Position numbers and translations under genes: made by a program. Shown here in pieces: positions 63,201 to 64,000 of a stretch of 64,000 bases of DNA. The stretch's first letter is position 1; every line of letters starts with the position of its first letter. Where the stretch lies: the IMG/VR virus record IMGVR_UViG_3300045988_181101, one strand, 5' to 3'. Source of the DNA: a virus. The notes beneath the pieces are model-generated. The model ran no database searches. It saw only the letters and a list, made by a program, of their open reading frames with translations, and had not been told where the DNA came from.

Positions 63201-64000
63201 AATGTTACTCATTTTAATATTAAGTTGTTCATCTTTATTTGAAATAACAACAATTCCTGTATAGGTGTTATAATTTGCTAAAGAAATAGAATAATTGTAT
63301 TCACCGACTATTCTTTTAAATGTAGCTGCACCTAATGCTGTTGTAGTTTGTCTCTCAGTACCAATTGTAATTACAGCTCCAATTAACGGATTTGATTTTT
63401 CATCTGTGACTATAAAATTAATATTATATTCAATTGCAGTTACATCTATTGTTAAATTTTGATCTGCATCATTTACAATAACAGTACCACTTTTTTCAAT
63501 ATAACCAGTTTTAGAAACTTTATAACTATAAGTTCCATTAGGAAATGAAATAGAAGCTTTACCTTTATTATCTGTTACTAAGGTATTATTATCTATAGAA
63601 ATAGAAGCGTTATCTACTGGAACTCCATCTCTTAATACTGTAAAATTAACATTATAATAAGGTATTGCAGTTAAATCTACATTTATAGTAGCATTATTAA
63701 TTATATTAAAATCAGATTCCTTCGTAAAATAATCTTTCTTAGAAACAAGATAATGATAAGTTCCAGCTCTCATTAAGAAAGGATTACCATCTGAAGTTTG
63801 ATTTACAGTTCCTTGTGCATTTGTTGTTCCTGTATATTGCTGTGTTTGACCACTTCCATCAAAATCACCTGTTAAAACGACTGCTGCATTTGCAATAGGT
63901 TCAAATCCTTCTCTAACTCTTATTGTAACAGTATAATAAGGTACTTTATTTAATTCAACTGTTATATTAGTACTATCAACAACACTTACAGTATTTGAAA
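60216..64000 (-). CDS. giant adhesin-like tail protein: tandem CarboxypepD_reg-like beta-sandwich repeats + C-terminal BspA-type leucine-rich repeats; 5' end beyond the right window edge
   Basis: The frame stays open from 63773 to 64000 (...TNAQGTVNQTSDGNPFLMRAGTYHY...), so the M at 63773 is internal. About 9 repeats of ~85 aa follow (..V.D..G.P...A.V.I......T...G.A.F....G.Y.Y.VSK.GY). The C-terminal ~450 aa carry F..C..L repeats typical of BspA LRRs. Confidence 0.7.
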   Translation of the reverse strand, partial: SNTVSVVDSTNITVELNKVPYYTVTIRVREGFEPIANAAVVLTGDFDGSGQTQQYTGTTNAQGTVNQTSDGNPFLMRAGTYHYLVSKKDYFTKESDFNIINNATINVDLTAIPYYNVNFTVLRDGVPVDNASISIDNNTLVTDNKGKASISFPNGTYSYKVSKTGYIEKSGTVIVNDADQNLTIDVTAIEYNINFIVTDEKSNPLIGAVITIGTERQTTTALGAATFKRIVGEYNYSISLANYNTYTGIVVISNKDEQLNIKMSNIQYEVRFVVRSDGNPVEGASVKCGDRDSILTNRNGEAIFNFASGNYPFSITKEGFERYDSTVEVGNRNTVVPVDLTLSSNVVTFYVRNESGEILSNAAIIINKEVHYTTEEGLASFLLSYGDYHYTVEADGYNYNWGDIRVTNEALNVNVTMYRQTTIVYVLKFTITQESNPAVGALVTINGNIIGYANSEGVVSFNLPNGDYRYTVSNGDFINQTEGNRVISGSNSDVSVNLTRKTTNVTFNTTYIPNPSNPDEKLPVQDVSITFNGSTIKTNQQGKAVFSNVPLSLENKEYRCSKKPPYEDIVQNTTITTENPEIDVVMGESTYSIIFTVVDELSNPIPNAYISCGGQVGNTNPLNSSEPGRLTLRGYGNNLSGYYYTISKEGYQTISGNAIVQNESVFITRTLKRSYTEITFKVQTSDGLALQGASIQIGELNEATDSHGEVLFLVTEQKTYNYKVTYPHCMDSLGSFTNDLTSKTVTVTIEDTMAIVVRGSGVEKISLPILNTSQEGLSNLKVDWGDGTITYGKIFKESLDISQNTEIKISFGSEIGTLRWSCEEAPLLDGIQNKLRYVERFFQNTNQVNFGNGGFYKCILLSRLDKLRVGFVQGSCVRLFANCLSLNSIEPGMLDWAKLGDFTECFANSGLIEVRSGLIENIETVLYLSKMFQDCKSLESVTIQIPSTCTNASAMFKSCSNLQVVSDSIFQNASGLTNASEMFDYTSKLQQMPRIEDLTANVNCNAMFRSSGFSNFRGGFPRNCINADEMFENSQLSSMFAVIESSNLTTLDRTFMGCGNLGTITNIDLRCSNVTSVQFLFSGTGVNSIPSNYFSRLTNCVNFAGVFQNCKNLQYIYGEKESSPFFGCPVESLNSAFSGCSNLRGDLYYLFYSYAVTRRRTQGGNYWKVQGVSAYCKDYSFCFEGCSSLTGESCCSELDDERETFMGWLTALWGFTNGYIPAENMQASSYNSTLYTSKRTGCYRGCVNLSDYNDIPSDWK

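Noticed and set aside
1-64000. Alternative genetic code (stop-codon reassignment), as seen in some gut Bacteroidota phages
   Set aside because: Long conserved genes (ligA, nrdJ, sbcC, terL, dnaE parts) are uninterrupted in the standard code. The two tRNAs have ordinary Leu and Gln anticodons, not suppressor anticodons.

Overview
This 64-kb window looks like part of a low-GC tailed-phage genome (hand counts of 23-32% G+C on sampled lines). The host is probably a Bacteroidota bacterium. Evidence for the host: recurring -33 TTTG / -7 TAnnTTTG-type promoters, BACON-like and BspA-type LRR domains, and DUF1566/DUF551/DUF4494-like accessory genes. Essentially every credible gene is on the minus strand. 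Reading along that strand (high to low coordinates):
- 64.0-57.9 kb: virion and lysis-type genes (giant repeat adhesin, YkuD-like enzyme).
- 57.8-22.3 kb: a large DNA replication, recombination and nucleotide block. It holds an intein-containing TerL, DnaB-like helicase, primase, QueD / HNH-QueE / FolE / MazG, an interrupted DnaE, SbcCD, RecA, RuvC, LigA, SNF2, RNase H, UvrD and class II RNR.
- 21.6-19.2 kb: a second 7-deazaguanine locus with DpdA.
- 18.6-8.4 kb: many small ORFs, an ECF-type sigma factor and two tRNAs.
- 8.4-5.8 kb: a higher-GC accessory island.
- 5.6-0 kb: tail-fibre-type genes.
The most notable observations are:
1. An apparent invertible DNA switch (33-bp perfect inverted repeats) that would exchange the C-terminus of a BACON-repeat fibre protein.
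2. dnaE interrupted exactly at its catalytic PDxD motif by a ~1-kb HNH-carrying insertion, most consistent with a group I intron.
3. Two LAGLIDADG inteins at the same GK|S position of the Walker A loops of SbcC and TerL, one with Ala1 plus the class-3 W/C/T signature.
4. A 7-deazaguanine DNA-modification gene set with no QueC in the window, heavily colonised by one HNH homing-endonuclease family, including an in-frame HNH-QueE fusion.
5. A four-copy promoter/operator repeat.
All domain calls come from motif recognition by eye. No searches were run.
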